64,000 nucleotides of DNA from Flavobacteriales bacterium (GCA_017620815.1 JAGAUI010000008.1:680-64679), one strand, 5' to 3'; positions 9,960-19,377 are shown, counted from the first letter of the stretch. Numbers and translations: made by a program. Notes: a model not told the origin generated them from the letters alone.

Positions 9960-11678
9960 TTATTTGTTTTTATATGGTTTTGGTGCTGGAGCATCACTTC
10001 CTGGCACTTCAGAAAGGAATTTTTCTACGCCCCATATCACACGTTCCATCATCTCCTGACGGAAAGCAGGGTCTTGTATCTGTGCAGACTCTTGAACCAC
10101 ATTAAGGAATAGAGTTTCTACCAGCACACATAGATATTCGGTAGGTTGGTTAAGGGAGAAATTAAAGTTACCTATGTTACCAAAGTTCTTAACGTCCATC
10201 TCCAGCAGGCTGTTAAGTATAGCTACCGATAGAGCTTTATGGCTCAAATGACGATAATATGTGCTTGTTCCTTTGAGGTCTAGCGGAGTACCACCTGCAT
10301 TACAGTGGATAGATATAAGTATATCGGCAGCTGCTTCACGGGCTTTATCACGGCGGTCGCTCATATCTACATTTTCCTTACCTTCACGAGTAAGGACAAC
10401 CTTTGCTCCTTTATCTTCCAGTATCTTTTTAAGACGTTGTACCATATCATATGTGAGTTCGTCTTCGTTGGTTCCGTTTATGGTACGGGCTCCTGTGTAT
10501 GGTTTTCCGTGTCCTGCGTCAAGGGCTATGGTAAGATTGCTTATCTTAAGGCTTTCTGGACGATGTTTTACATTGACAACCAAACTTTTTCCTTCATAAG
10601 ACACGCTATAACCCCATATCTGTGGGTCTTTAAGGTCTATGTCTATACGTATAACATCATCCTGTTCCTGGATATAGCTTACGTTTTTGATAGCTTTGTA
10701 GTCTTTATGTGTTATCCAGTTACTGTTACATGCTGCTCCATATAGACGTACCGATATACGTGATAGAGCTACATCTTCTGTTATGGTATATGGCAATTTT
10801 TCATCCAGCCCTACCATAACTCTATCATATCCTTTGGAAGATGATATATGCCAAGAACCTGTAAGAGATGTAGGAGCAAATGTACCGTTTGGCTGTATTT
10901 CCATATATGACACTGGTATCCAAGCATTGATATTTTTGGAAAGGCGTACTTTATACATATCATTTACACGCCCTATGATACGCATACATATTCCTTCTGA
11001 AAGATAGTTAATCTTGGCACCACCTAGACGGTCGCTACCTAGTCCGTAGTTAAGGTATGCTCCTTCTGTAGTTTTACCTACTAGATATGAAGATTCCATC
11101 ATCTTAACATCGGCTTTAACAGGTTGTGCTACTGTTTCATCACCTGTGGCTATAACCACTTCTATAGGTGCATCAAACGCTTTGTCGTCTTTTTTTACCA
11201 CATATACACCCTGGTATGTGCCTTTATCATCTACCTCATAAAGAGGTTCCCCTCCCAACCAAGTGAGTTTGGCTCCAGGCAGCGAAGATAAGCGTATGCG
11301 TATCTCATCTCCTTCTACTACTTCCATACGAGAAGCAGGGGAAATTTTCACATTTTTAATGATAGGAGTAGTGATAGGTTCTGGCACTGGACGGTCTGCA
11401 TAGACTGTAGTGTACTCTACTTTATCACCATTTGATGCTTTTACAGTGATTTTGTTCACTCCTTTTTCAAATTTGATACGAGCAGCCCATTCACCTGTGT
11501 AATAGATAGGATATTCTACGCCTTGAACTGTTACGGTACCGTTTTTGGGGCCAACACCCATTATATTCATAGTAGCAGAATATGTAGTATCTGGCAGTCC
11601 GCGGGATACTTTGAGTTCCTGTGCAGACATCTGGATGGCTAGCACTGCACACGTAATAGTAAATAATAATTTTTTCAT
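9960..11678 (-). CDS. secreted N-acetylmuramoyl-L-alanine amidase (Amidase_3)
   Basis: Signal peptide from the ATG at 11678 (MKKLLF). The C-terminal domain carries the Zn/catalytic motifs DAGHG, SIHCNA and LVETLF. Confidence 0.9.
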   Translation of the reverse strand: MKKLLFTITCAVLAIQMSAQELKVSRGLPDTTYSATMNIMGVGPKNGTVTVQGVEYPIYYTGEWAARIKFEKGVNKITVKASNGDKVEYTTVYADRPVPEPITTPIIKNVKISPASRMEVVEGDEIRIRLSSLPGAKLTWLGGEPLYEVDDKGTYQGVYVVKKDDKAFDAPIEVVIATGDETVAQPVKADVKMMESSYLVGKTTEGAYLNYGLGSDRLGGAKINYLSEGICMRIIGRVNDMYKVRLSKNINAWIPVSYMEIQPNGTFAPTSLTGSWHISSSKGYDRVMVGLDEKLPYTITEDVALSRISVRLYGAACNSNWITHKDYKAIKNVSYIQEQDDVIRIDIDLKDPQIWGYSVSYEGKSLVVNVKHRPESLKISNLTIALDAGHGKPYTGARTINGTNEDELTYDMVQRLKKILEDKGAKVVLTREGKENVDMSDRRDKAREAAADILISIHCNAGGTPLDLKGTSTYYRHLSHKALSVAILNSLLEMDVKNFGNIGNFNFSLNQPTEYLCVLVETLFLNVVQESAQIQDPAFRQEMMERVIWGVEKFLSEVPGSDAPAPKPYKNK

Positions 11679-11890
11679 ATAAGTAATGATATTGGTATTT
11701 ATATTTATTCTTGTGATAAGCAAATGTAATAACTTTTGGACATAAATATCTACTATACTTTATCTTTTTTTTGACTCAAATTCCACATATAAACTTGTTA
11801 AATTTTTAACAAAATATATTATTTTATTTAAAAAACATCATTTTTATCACCATACATTTGCATCTGAAAAAAAACACACATTATAACCCG

Positions 11891-13126
11891 ATGATTAAAT
11901 TATCTCAATCACAAGAATACAGCATAGGAGGTGTTTCTGCCACAGAAATAGCCAAAGAGTACGGCACACCACTATATGTCTATGACATATCTACCATAGA
12001 ATCCCAATACAATAGACTAGATGCTGCTTTTTCATCCATTGGCAAACGCCGTATAAATTATGCTATGAAAGCATTGAGCAACATCAATATCCTACGCACC
12101 ATGCGTCGTTTGGGAAGTGGTATAGATGCCGTTAGCATTAACGAAGTGATGTTGGCATTAAAAGCAGGATTTGCTCCTTCAGACATCATTTATACCCCTA
12201 GCGGTGTAGATATGGAAGAGATAGACATAGCCGTAGAGTTGGGGGTAAACATAAACATAGACAGCATGGTAGCTCTAGAGGAGTTTGCTAGGCGTCATAA
12301 GGATACACCTGTAGGCATACGCATAACTCCCCACATAGTAGCTGGCGGCAATGCCAAGATATGCACAGGAGGTATTGACTCAAAATTTGGAATATCTATA
12401 CACTATCTAGACCGCGTAGAAGCTCTATCTCGTGAGACAGGACTTAAGATAAACGGCATACATATGCATACGGGCAGTGATATTTATGACGTAGATGTAT
12501 TTTTGCGTGGTGCCGAAATCCTCTTTAATGCAGCCTCTCGCTTTCCTGTAGAATACATAGATTTTGGTAGTGGATTTAAGGTACGTTATCGCGATACAGA
12601 CCGTGCTACAAATGTTGAATTACTGGGAGAAAAGCTATCGGCAGCGTTTAATGCCTTTTGTGAAAAAGCAGGACGTGATATATGCTTCATGATAGAACCC
12701 GGCAAATTCCTAGTGAGCGACAGCGGCACACTACTAGTAGGTGTAAACTGGGTGAAACAAGCTCCTGTAACCACATTTGCACAGGTAAACAGCGGTCTTA
12801 ACCACCTTATACGTCCTATGATGTATGACGCATACCACCACATAGTAAACATATCCAATCCTTTTGGAGAGATAAAAGACTATAACGTAACTGGATACAT
12901 ATGTGAAACAGACAATTTTGCACAGAACCGCCCTATAAACGAAATACGCAAGGGTGATGTCCTAGCCATAATGAATGCCGGTGCATATGGTTATACTATG
13001 GCTAGCATGTATAACAGTCGTTTCCGCCCTGCTCAAGTAATGGTCAAAGACGGTCGTTGCCATCTTATCTCTCGTCCCGACACTCTGGAAGATATACTTT
13101 CTACACAGATAGATTTGGGAGAGTAA
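11891..13126 (+). CDS. lysA: diaminopimelate decarboxylase
   Basis: Motifs YGTPLYVYD, YAMKA (PLP lysine), SKFG, HTGS, EPGKF and GYICETD. Start refined to ATG 11891, downstream of a TACATTTG box at 11853-11860. Confidence 0.96.
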   Translation: MIKLSQSQEYSIGGVSATEIAKEYGTPLYVYDISTIESQYNRLDAAFSSIGKRRINYAMKALSNINILRTMRRLGSGIDAVSINEVMLALKAGFAPSDIIYTPSGVDMEEIDIAVELGVNINIDSMVALEEFARRHKDTPVGIRITPHIVAGGNAKICTGGIDSKFGISIHYLDRVEALSRETGLKINGIHMHTGSDIYDVDVFLRGAEILFNAASRFPVEYIDFGSGFKVRYRDTDRATNVELLGEKLSAAFNAFCEKAGRDICFMIEPGKFLVSDSGTLLVGVNWVKQAPVTTFAQVNSGLNHLIRPMMYDAYHHIVNISNPFGEIKDYNVTGYICETDNFAQNRPINEIRKGDVLAIMNAGAYGYTMASMYNSRFRPAQVMVKDGRCHLISRPDTLEDILSTQIDLGE

Positions 13127-13147
13127 TAGCAAGATTTTTTTGAAAAT

Positions 13148-13177
13148 AAAAAAGCGGCAGCCTAAAGGCTGCCGCTT
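13148..13177 (-). terminator. intrinsic terminator closing the phage-like operon
   Basis: AAAAAAGCGGCAGCC-taaa-GGCTGCCGCTT; the long U-tract lies on the minus strand. Confidence 0.85.
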
Positions 13178-13253
13178 AATAAATACACTAACAACTCAAC
13201 ATTATTTATAAAAACTAACCCTAAAAATAAGAAATTCAATCTTTCAATCCTTC

Positions 13254-13742
13254 CTACTGCATAGAAAGAGGTGTTGCTATCACCTTTGCTTTGCCATCGG
13301 CTTTAAGGATAGTGGCAGTAACTGTAATCAAGAACATACCACTACGAGAGAACGAAGCATTGAATTTGGCCACTACCCTAGCACGAGGGATTTCTATCAC
13401 CATACCAGATTTTGGAGTAACACGTATGCTCATCTCTACAGTAGGTATGACCTCGGGAGCATTCCATGAGCCGTTATCTCCTTTATTTCCTCCTAGAAGA
13501 GATACCAGAGTATCTACATCGGCGTCCATTATAGAGAACGAAAGAATGATTTTACCGGGACGTGATACGCTTACTATAGGAGTATCACACTCTTCGGCAT
13601 AGTGTTCTATTTCTTCTGGTTCATTCTGTGTAAGGGTACATGAGTCTTGGTATGTCATACCTAGGACTTTATATTGGCTATCTTCTGCCTCTACTGCTTT
13701 GGCTTCTATTTTTGAAAGTCCAAATGTTGCTATACTTGCCAT
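13254..13742 (-). CDS. phage major tail (tube) protein
   Basis: 162 aa with patterns I recognise from Bacteroidota siphovirus tail tubes (GLSKIE, LGMTYQDSCTLTQ, FSIMDAD, WNAP, IPRAR). Lies directly after the tail terminator gene. Confidence 0.75.
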   Translation of the reverse strand: MASIATFGLSKIEAKAVEAEDSQYKVLGMTYQDSCTLTQNEPEEIEHYAEECDTPIVSVSRPGKIILSFSIMDADVDTLVSLLGGNKGDNGSWNAPEVIPTVEMSIRVTPKSGMVIEIPRARVVAKFNASFSRSGMFLITVTATILKADGKAKVIATPLSMQ

Positions 13743-13806
13743 TTTTTTAATTTATTAAAGGTTTATAATCTTATGATTGGTTTGGTATAATTTTACATTA
13801 GTTTAT

Positions 13807-14214
13807 CTAAAACGCTCCTCTCAAAGAGACACATATCTCCATATGGCAGCAGAACATATCGTCCTCACGAGAGAAACGTTGTGAATCTACCCACGATAGA
13901 CAGCCAGCATAGAATACTTCGTCTATCCCGTCAAATATAAGTCCAGATAGATATTCCAGACGTTTGAAGTCTGGCACCATATCTACGGCATCGGCTCGTG
14001 AAGAAAAGATAGGAGAAGAATAAATATCTATCTTGACCCTTGCCGTTTCTCCTGCACGAGATATAAAATCCTGAGCATAGATGACTATATCTTCTTTATC
14101 ACTACCAGCTGGACGTACAGATTTATAGACACCTCCTGTTATCTGCCGTGCCACCTCCAATGCCATTATACGATGATACACGTGTGAGAGTATCGAAAAA
14201 TGGGATTTTGTCAT
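13807..14214 (-). CDS. phage tail terminator/completion protein
   Basis: 135 aa with the motif ITGGVYKSVRPAGSDKEDIVI; lies immediately before the tail tube gene. Confidence 0.65.
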   Translation of the reverse strand: MTKSHFSILSHVYHRIMALEVARQITGGVYKSVRPAGSDKEDIVIYAQDFISRAGETARVKIDIYSSPIFSSRADAVDMVPDFKRLEYLSGLIFDGIDEVFYAGCLSWVDSQRFSREDDMFCCHMEICVSLRGAF

Positions 14215-14240
14215 ATCATATTAAAGGTTTGGGGTAAGTT

Positions 14241-14555
14241 TTATATCCACATTTTACAGCCTATGGGAGATGATATGAAACATCTAGCACGTCCTGTGGT
14301 AAGCAAGAATCCGTCTGCACCATCTAGGATTTTGATAGGAGTACCGTCTTTTATAGCCGGTGTTCCAGCAGGCATATATACCACATAACTATAACGATAA
14401 TCTTCGCCGCTGGATAGTACTATATGTTGTCCCGAACCATTGCGTACGGCTCGGCATATGCAGTGTTCGCTGTATGAGGGGAGTGATGATTCATTATTCC
14501 CATTATCCTGTTCTATGTCCATCACCTCTAGGACATTGTGATATAAATCAAACAT
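14241..14555 (-). CDS. phage head closure (stopper) protein
   Basis: 104 aa, beta-rich, with YSYVVYMP...GTPIKI...CKMWI; lies after the adaptor gene. Confidence 0.6.
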   Translation of the reverse strand: MFDLYHNVLEVMDIEQDNGNNESSLPSYSEHCICRAVRNGSGQHIVLSSGEDYRYSYVVYMPAGTPAIKDGTPIKILDGADGFLLTTGRARCFISSPIGCKMWI

Positions 14556-14579
14556 AATATACTTTTCTGTTTTATTTAA

Positions 14580-14903
14580 TTACCATATATGTGAACTGTC
14601 TTTTATAGCATTACCCGATGCTGTTATACACATATCTTCTACATGTCCATAACGTCTATAAATACTTTCGGCCATCTGGGCTAACATTTCTCTATCTTCT
14701 ATAGTGATAGAAAAACCATCCATAGTTACCGATGGTGTAGTTGATAACATCATATATACATCTGCACGGGCAAGCATAAAGGATTCGGTAGGGCCGCTGT
14801 ATGCAGCACCTCCATCTATGTTTCTGTCTATAAATATCCTCTCTAGATATTTTTCATCTAGTGGATAACCGACAGTCATCTTAAGAGCTTCTAGGATAGT
14901 CAT
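14580..14903 (-). CDS. phage head-tail adaptor/connector (DUF6706-like)
   Basis: 107 aa, helical, with MTILEALK...LARADVY...PSVT...IYRRYG; lies directly after the capsid gene. Confidence 0.65.
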   Translation of the reverse strand: MTILEALKMTVGYPLDEKYLERIFIDRNIDGGAAYSGPTESFMLARADVYMMLSTTPSVTMDGFSITIEDREMLAQMAESIYRRYGHVEDMCITASGNAIKDSSHIW

Positions 14904-14930
14904 AATTCCAATTTTTCTGAACGTAAAATA

Positions 14931-15002
14931 GCGACCGACTCTTTCTATGTGGACATCTTACCACACATCTCATACATACAGCCCACAAGAAAGAGCGGTC
15001 GC
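14931..15002 (-). promoter_or_regulatory. long stem-loop (attenuator or mRNA-stabilising hairpin) between capsid and neck genes
   Basis: GCGACCG(A)CTCTTTCT(A)TGTGG pairs with CCACAAGAAAGAGCGGTCGC, giving about 20 bp with two 1-nt bulges. It is followed by TATTTT on the minus strand. Confidence 0.6.
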
Positions 15003-15039
15003 ACAACTAACACACTTTATACACTATCATTACTATACA

Positions 15040-16116
15040 TTATTCTGCATTTGTATCATAGAGGTAACATCTGTCTGCATTACCCCATACAGGCAGAGCA
15101 TTTGCTATGCCTTTGGTTACTTCGGTAACAGGGTCTTCGGTAGAGTATTTTTTGATGAGGATATGTTCTTTTTTCACTTTGGTTGCCACGCCATCTACTA
15201 CCATTTCATCGGCCATAGGAGCGTGATATGTGTAACCGCACTTCATCTCTGGGACAAATGTAACTATACCTTTCTCCCATGGATTTACTGTCTGACGAGT
15301 TCCATCTGTTTTTTCTATAGTTACATATGTATCTATGATACGTATCTCTGGCAGACGATGAGCTACAAGAGCCATATTGACATCATCTACATTAGGAACT
15401 TTTATACGTCCTACCTGTGGCACCCATGAAGAACAGAAATCCACTGCTTCGTCTGTTGCCATCATGTTATAAAATGTATCTATATCCATAAACAGGTATT
15501 TGAGAAGGATACCTTCACCTGTGGCACGTTCTACCATAGCTCTTATATCTGAAATAGGAGTAGCAGTAGCTGCGTTTTCTGCCTTCCAAGCTACAGATGA
15601 TGATAGTTTATGTTCTGCAGGAACACCAAAATCAACCGATGTCTCGGTAACTATACCAGCATTGTTATCACTATCCAGTACAAATCCTCCTGTAGAAAGA
15701 GCTCTTAATGCCAACCATTCCAGACGAGCATTTATTCCCTTGAAACAGAAGTCTGTATCTCCATACACCCAAGCCATAAGGGCTCGCTGTCCTTCCTCGC
15801 TACCATAGTAGTACTGTAGGTGTTGATATTCGTTAAGGTCAGACTCTTCTTTTACACGAGTGATTTCTATCTTTGGTATCTTACCAGTGAGACGTTCTAC
15901 TACGTTGCGGGTCTTTTTGGGAGCGGCACTGTTATATGACACAACGTCGGCAGCTACATTTATGCCGTATTCGCCAGAAAGTGCTCGCCATGTAAGTGTA
16001 GGCGTAAACATCACTGGAAATATAGATGGATAATAAAATTCATCTAGTGTGTATGAATCCATTACCGCTTGCAAGTCATTTTGAGTAAACTCTTTTATCA
16101 AACTCTTTTTCATCAT
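15040..16116 (-). CDS. major capsid protein (HK97 fold, lambda gpE / Phage_cap_E-like)
   Basis: 358 aa with motifs ADVVSYNSAAP, IPKIEITR, RLEWLALRALSTG, VDFGVP, PISDI and DPVTEVTKG...LPV. Confidence 0.88.
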   Translation of the reverse strand: MMKKSLIKEFTQNDLQAVMDSYTLDEFYYPSIFPVMFTPTLTWRALSGEYGINVAADVVSYNSAAPKKTRNVVERLTGKIPKIEITRVKEESDLNEYQHLQYYYGSEEGQRALMAWVYGDTDFCFKGINARLEWLALRALSTGGFVLDSDNNAGIVTETSVDFGVPAEHKLSSSVAWKAENAATATPISDIRAMVERATGEGILLKYLFMDIDTFYNMMATDEAVDFCSSWVPQVGRIKVPNVDDVNMALVAHRLPEIRIIDTYVTIEKTDGTRQTVNPWEKGIVTFVPEMKCGYTYHAPMADEMVVDGVATKVKKEHILIKKYSTEDPVTEVTKGIANALPVWGNADRCYLYDTNAE

Positions 16117-16185
16117 TACTTAATTTTTGGTTTAACGGTTTATAAATTATTTCCTTTTTTGATTATAAAATAAATAAAAAAAGAT

Positions 16186-16698
16186 TTATTCTTTGAATTT
16201 TCCCATAAGAGGAGAATCGCTACGCATAGAGCGAATATAAGCCTCTACCGCACTACTATGTCCCTCATGACGTACAGCACCTTCAGGGCGGGAGATTTTG
16301 GAGATATTATGGTCATTCTGCTCTTGGAGGAATGATTTATATGCGGTCTGAATAGCATCGGCTGCTTCCTGCCAACTAGAGTGAGCATCATCTATTTCAA
16401 GGGTTGCTCTCCAGAAATACTCTGGGACTTCACGGGAAGTAAGTTCGTCTGCAAGAGCTTTTTTAAATCCTGCTATCACTTCTTCCTGTGAATGATATTC
16501 GGCTAATTCTTCCTCTGAAGCAGCCAGTTGCTCGTAACTACCTTTCAACACCTCCAAAAGAGGCACATACTGCTCATAGGCAGCCTCCTGTAACTGTATA
16601 TCATCGGGATTGTTTCCCTCTATAATAGAAGATAATGCAGTAAGGACACTTTCTTCTATCATAGGATAATCGGTTTTAAGTTTCTCTGAAATCTTCAT
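16186..16698 (-). CDS. putative capsid scaffolding protein
   Basis: 170 aa, acidic and helical/coiled-coil, immediately upstream of the major capsid gene. Confidence 0.55.
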   Translation of the reverse strand: MKISEKLKTDYPMIEESVLTALSSIIEGNNPDDIQLQEAAYEQYVPLLEVLKGSYEQLAASEEELAEYHSQEEVIAGFKKALADELTSREVPEYFWRATLEIDDAHSSWQEAADAIQTAYKSFLQEQNDHNISKISRPEGAVRHEGHSSAVEAYIRSMRSDSPLMGKFKE

Positions 16699-16758
16699 AC
16701 TTGTTTTATGGTTTGTGTTATTAAATAATTGGTTTTATTTTCTGTAATACAATCTTCA

Positions 16759-16766
16759 CAAATATA
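16759..16766 (-). promoter_or_regulatory. -7 box (TATATTTG), candidate internal promoter for scaffold-capsid-neck-tail genes
   Basis: TAnnTTTG match in the 97-bp AT-rich gap between terL and the scaffold gene. Confidence 0.55.
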
Positions 16767-16795
16767 CTAAATAATTATCAAATAAGAAAGAATTA

Positions 16796-18118
16796 TTAGA
16801 AAAATATTTCTAGAGTCTTTTTCTCCCCCACGTCTTTAAGTTCAAAATACATACGCATCATAAGTGCATCGGCTACGTCTGGCGAACGACCTAGATTTTC
16901 TTTCATCTCACGTTTTGACACTATAGATAGACGTTGAGCAACAGTAATATCGGCTGCTTTTATCTCTTGCATCTCTTCTATGATACGGTCTTTAAGACGT
17001 ACATCATCTACATTTATTCTTATCATAGAACGATTTACATAGTCTGCCCACAGGAAATAGCATTGGTTTTTGAGGTTGGAGAAATTCTGTTGTTTACCTC
17101 TTACCATTATAGGCGATGAATTATTTACAAATCCCTTACATCGCAACGTATCCACTACACCCCCACCTACTCCGTCTTCGTCACATATTACATGAGAGAG
17201 GAGGACTCCATGCACTGCACACATATCTCTTATAATAGCCGATGTTTCATCTACACCGCTTCTAGGCATTACCTTTATACTTTCACACATAAGACCGTAC
17301 CACAGGCATATGACAGTACTATCACTACCAAAACGAGCTATATCGGCTGTGATATATCTCTCATCTTTTTTCACCTCTCGTGGGGAGAACATATCTATGA
17401 TTTTATCATAGTTCATAAGTGCCGATGGGTCTTCGTCATACTCCCAAGAGCCATATAACAGCCTATCTCTAGAACGAGAATCAAGACCTTTGAGGCTATC
17501 CTTGTAATGTGATGAAATGTAAGGATTATCACCTACCAGCGAACTTATAAACCTTTTATCCTCGTCCAAAACACCTTCTTTCCACGGTTTATAAAAACGA
17601 TTATAAACATACCCTCTGGAAGGGTTACACGTTCCCAAAATCTTGGGTATGAGATTATAATCATTAAGTCTATACCTTATACGAGAACGAACTATATTCC
17701 ATGCTTTGAGAGATATCTGATTACACTCATCTATAAAGGCTCCCGTTACTTCCAGTGAACCCAATTCGTCAAAATCTGGGTCTGATGGTCGTGATTGGAG
17801 GGGTTTGAGTACTATGACAGATGATGTAGGACGCAAGAGGATTTCTCCACGGCTTTCGTTATAAGAAAAGGCATCGGCAGGGATATCCTGCATACGTGCT
17901 ACATAACGTAATGTATTGAGCGTAGTCTGTCTAAGTGTAGTAAGACGACTTCTTGCCACCAAATAACGGCTTTCTGGATACTTAAAAAGACATTTGAGTA
18001 CCCAGTAACACCCCAGTACAGATTTACCCCCACCCGCTCCACCTCCATAGAGGATTTCGCGGGTGGTAGCATCTTCTAGAAAGTCAAGAGCCTCTGTTTG
18101 TTTTATCGTCAGTTCCAT
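16796..18118 (-). CDS. terL: phage terminase large subunit
   Basis: Walker A GGGAGGGKS, Walker B AFIDE, coupling motif GTCNP, and nuclease motifs ADIARFGSD and SPDVADA are all intact. Confidence 0.93.
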   Translation of the reverse strand: MELTIKQTEALDFLEDATTREILYGGGAGGGKSVLGCYWVLKCLFKYPESRYLVARSRLTTLRQTTLNTLRYVARMQDIPADAFSYNESRGEILLRPTSSVIVLKPLQSRPSDPDFDELGSLEVTGAFIDECNQISLKAWNIVRSRIRYRLNDYNLIPKILGTCNPSRGYVYNRFYKPWKEGVLDEDKRFISSLVGDNPYISSHYKDSLKGLDSRSRDRLLYGSWEYDEDPSALMNYDKIIDMFSPREVKKDERYITADIARFGSDSTVICLWYGLMCESIKVMPRSGVDETSAIIRDMCAVHGVLLSHVICDEDGVGGGVVDTLRCKGFVNNSSPIMVRGKQQNFSNLKNQCYFLWADYVNRSMIRINVDDVRLKDRIIEEMQEIKAADITVAQRLSIVSKREMKENLGRSPDVADALMMRMYFELKDVGEKKTLEIFF

Positions 18119-18539
18119 AACTTTTACGTTCGTTCCACACTACTGTCGTTGGAGTATTTTCCATCGCCGTATGATTTATGTTAAGACCTAGTAATTTGGA
18201 GCGTTGTTCATTACATCGTCTTATTTCAGATAGATAACGAGCATCGCCACCGCCTTCGTCAAGAGATTTTGACTCCTCCCAAGCCTGCCATAATTCAGCC
18301 TCCAATGCGTCTATTTTTTTTAATTCCAATGCTCGCATTATCTTCTGGTCCTCTATCGTACTATTTTCTCCCCATGACTCTAGAATCTCAGAAAGAAGTC
18401 TATTTAGTTTTCTAGGATACATCTTTTCTCCCGTTAGATTATGTACACGAGCCATTATCTTGGCTTTTGAATAGCCTTTTATGTAGCATTCGGCTATTAT
18501 CTCTTTTACTCTTTCTTTTTCAAATTCTTTTTCACTCAT
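18084..18539 (-). CDS. putative terminase small subunit
   Basis: 151 aa, helical, with an N-terminal HTH-like segment and LWQAWEESK...GDARYL...RSKLLGL. Overlaps the terL start by 35 nt. Confidence 0.7.
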   Translation of the reverse strand: MSEKEFEKERVKEIIAECYIKGYSKAKIMARVHNLTGEKMYPRKLNRLLSEILESWGENSTIEDQKIMRALELKKIDALEAELWQAWEESKSLDEGGGDARYLSEIRRCNEQRSKLLGLNINHTAMENTPTTVVWNERKSYGTDDKTNRGS

Positions 18540-18581
18540 CGTTTATCCTTCACATTTGTTATCAATAAAGAAATTTATTTA

Positions 18582-18848
18582 TTAAAAAATATATACTATC
18601 TCGTCTTCACATTGGTCAAATAACGTGTCTATGAAAAAATCCTCCAATGCCCTTTCAGATGGTAAGACATGGCGAAATTTCTTTTTACTCTTCTTTCCAC
18701 CCTTGCATTTTACAGGTTCTGATACCCAAGTTACATCATCTACCTTACGACGTTTCATAGTCATGGAAGCCTCTATCTTTTTAAGCTCATCTAGTCTTTC
18801 TATGGCTATCTTACGCTGCTCTCTGAATTCTTCTTCTGTAATAATCAT
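18582..18848 (-). CDS. hypothetical protein (phage-like, basic middle and acidic tail)
   Basis: 88-aa ORF co-oriented with terS, with an AT-rich leader. Confidence 0.6.
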   Translation of the reverse strand: MIITEEEFREQRKIAIERLDELKKIEASMTMKRRKVDDVTWVSEPVKCKGGKKSKKKFRHVLPSERALEDFFIDTLFDQCEDEIVYIF

Positions 18849-18878
18849 TGCTTTTTTGATAATTTTAATTATATAAAA

Positions 18879-19130
18879 TTATAATTTATTATTTTCACGA
18901 CGTTTATCAATTACCCTTGTCCTATTTATAGAGTTGAGTAATACATCGCGTACAGTATCTTGGTAACGAGCATAGGCCTCTCTTATGAGTTCCACATCGT
19001 TATCACATAGATGTAATCTATTTTTAAGAATATAGTCTGTGGGTATCCCTATGTATGATACCACACCATTTTCACAGATGGGATAATCCAGTTTCATCTG
19101 CCTTAATTGTACATATGTGCTTCTTTTCAT
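18879..19130 (-). CDS. hypothetical protein, first gene of the phage-like operon
   Basis: 83-aa ORF downstream of a -7 box at 19180-19187. Confidence 0.6.
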   Translation of the reverse strand: MKRSTYVQLRQMKLDYPICENGVVSYIGIPTDYILKNRLHLCDNDVELIREAYARYQDTVRDVLLNSINRTRVIDKRRENNKL

Positions 19131-19179
19131 AACAACTATAAAATTAATACAATCACTATATTTTAGAGTTTTAGCCCTA

Positions 19180-19187
19180 CAAATATA
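19180..19187 (-). promoter_or_regulatory. -7 box (TATATTTG) for the phage-like operon
   Basis: TAnnTTTG match about 50 nt upstream of the first ORF. Confidence 0.55.
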
Positions 19188-19327
19188 TCAATTTTTGTAT
19201 AAATGAAAAGAAATTGCTACAAATTTTTTTTCACATAAAAACAGACGTATTATTGACAAATAAGATGATTTGATAAAATAATCAAAAAAACAAATTCAAA
19301 AAATTGACTTATATAGACCAAATATGC

Positions 19328-19335
19328 TATTTTTG
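19328..19335 (+). promoter_or_regulatory. -7 box (TATTTTTG) for the divergent XRE regulator
   Basis: TAnnTTTG match with a TTG ending 21 nt upstream (-33-like). Confidence 0.5.
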
Positions 19336-19377
19336 AACTAGAAAAACAACACAATATATGTAAATCCACACTATCTT

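Noticed and set aside
9960-11678. Amidase as the endolysin of the phage module
   Set aside because: It is a large, signal-peptide-bearing, multi-domain host-type amidase separated from the module by lysA, with its own promoter and terminator. Nothing in the sequence links it to the module.
15040-16116. Encapsulin nanocompartment
   Set aside because: The shell protein is gpE-like and sits among terminase, neck and tail genes, with no cargo enzyme adjacent.
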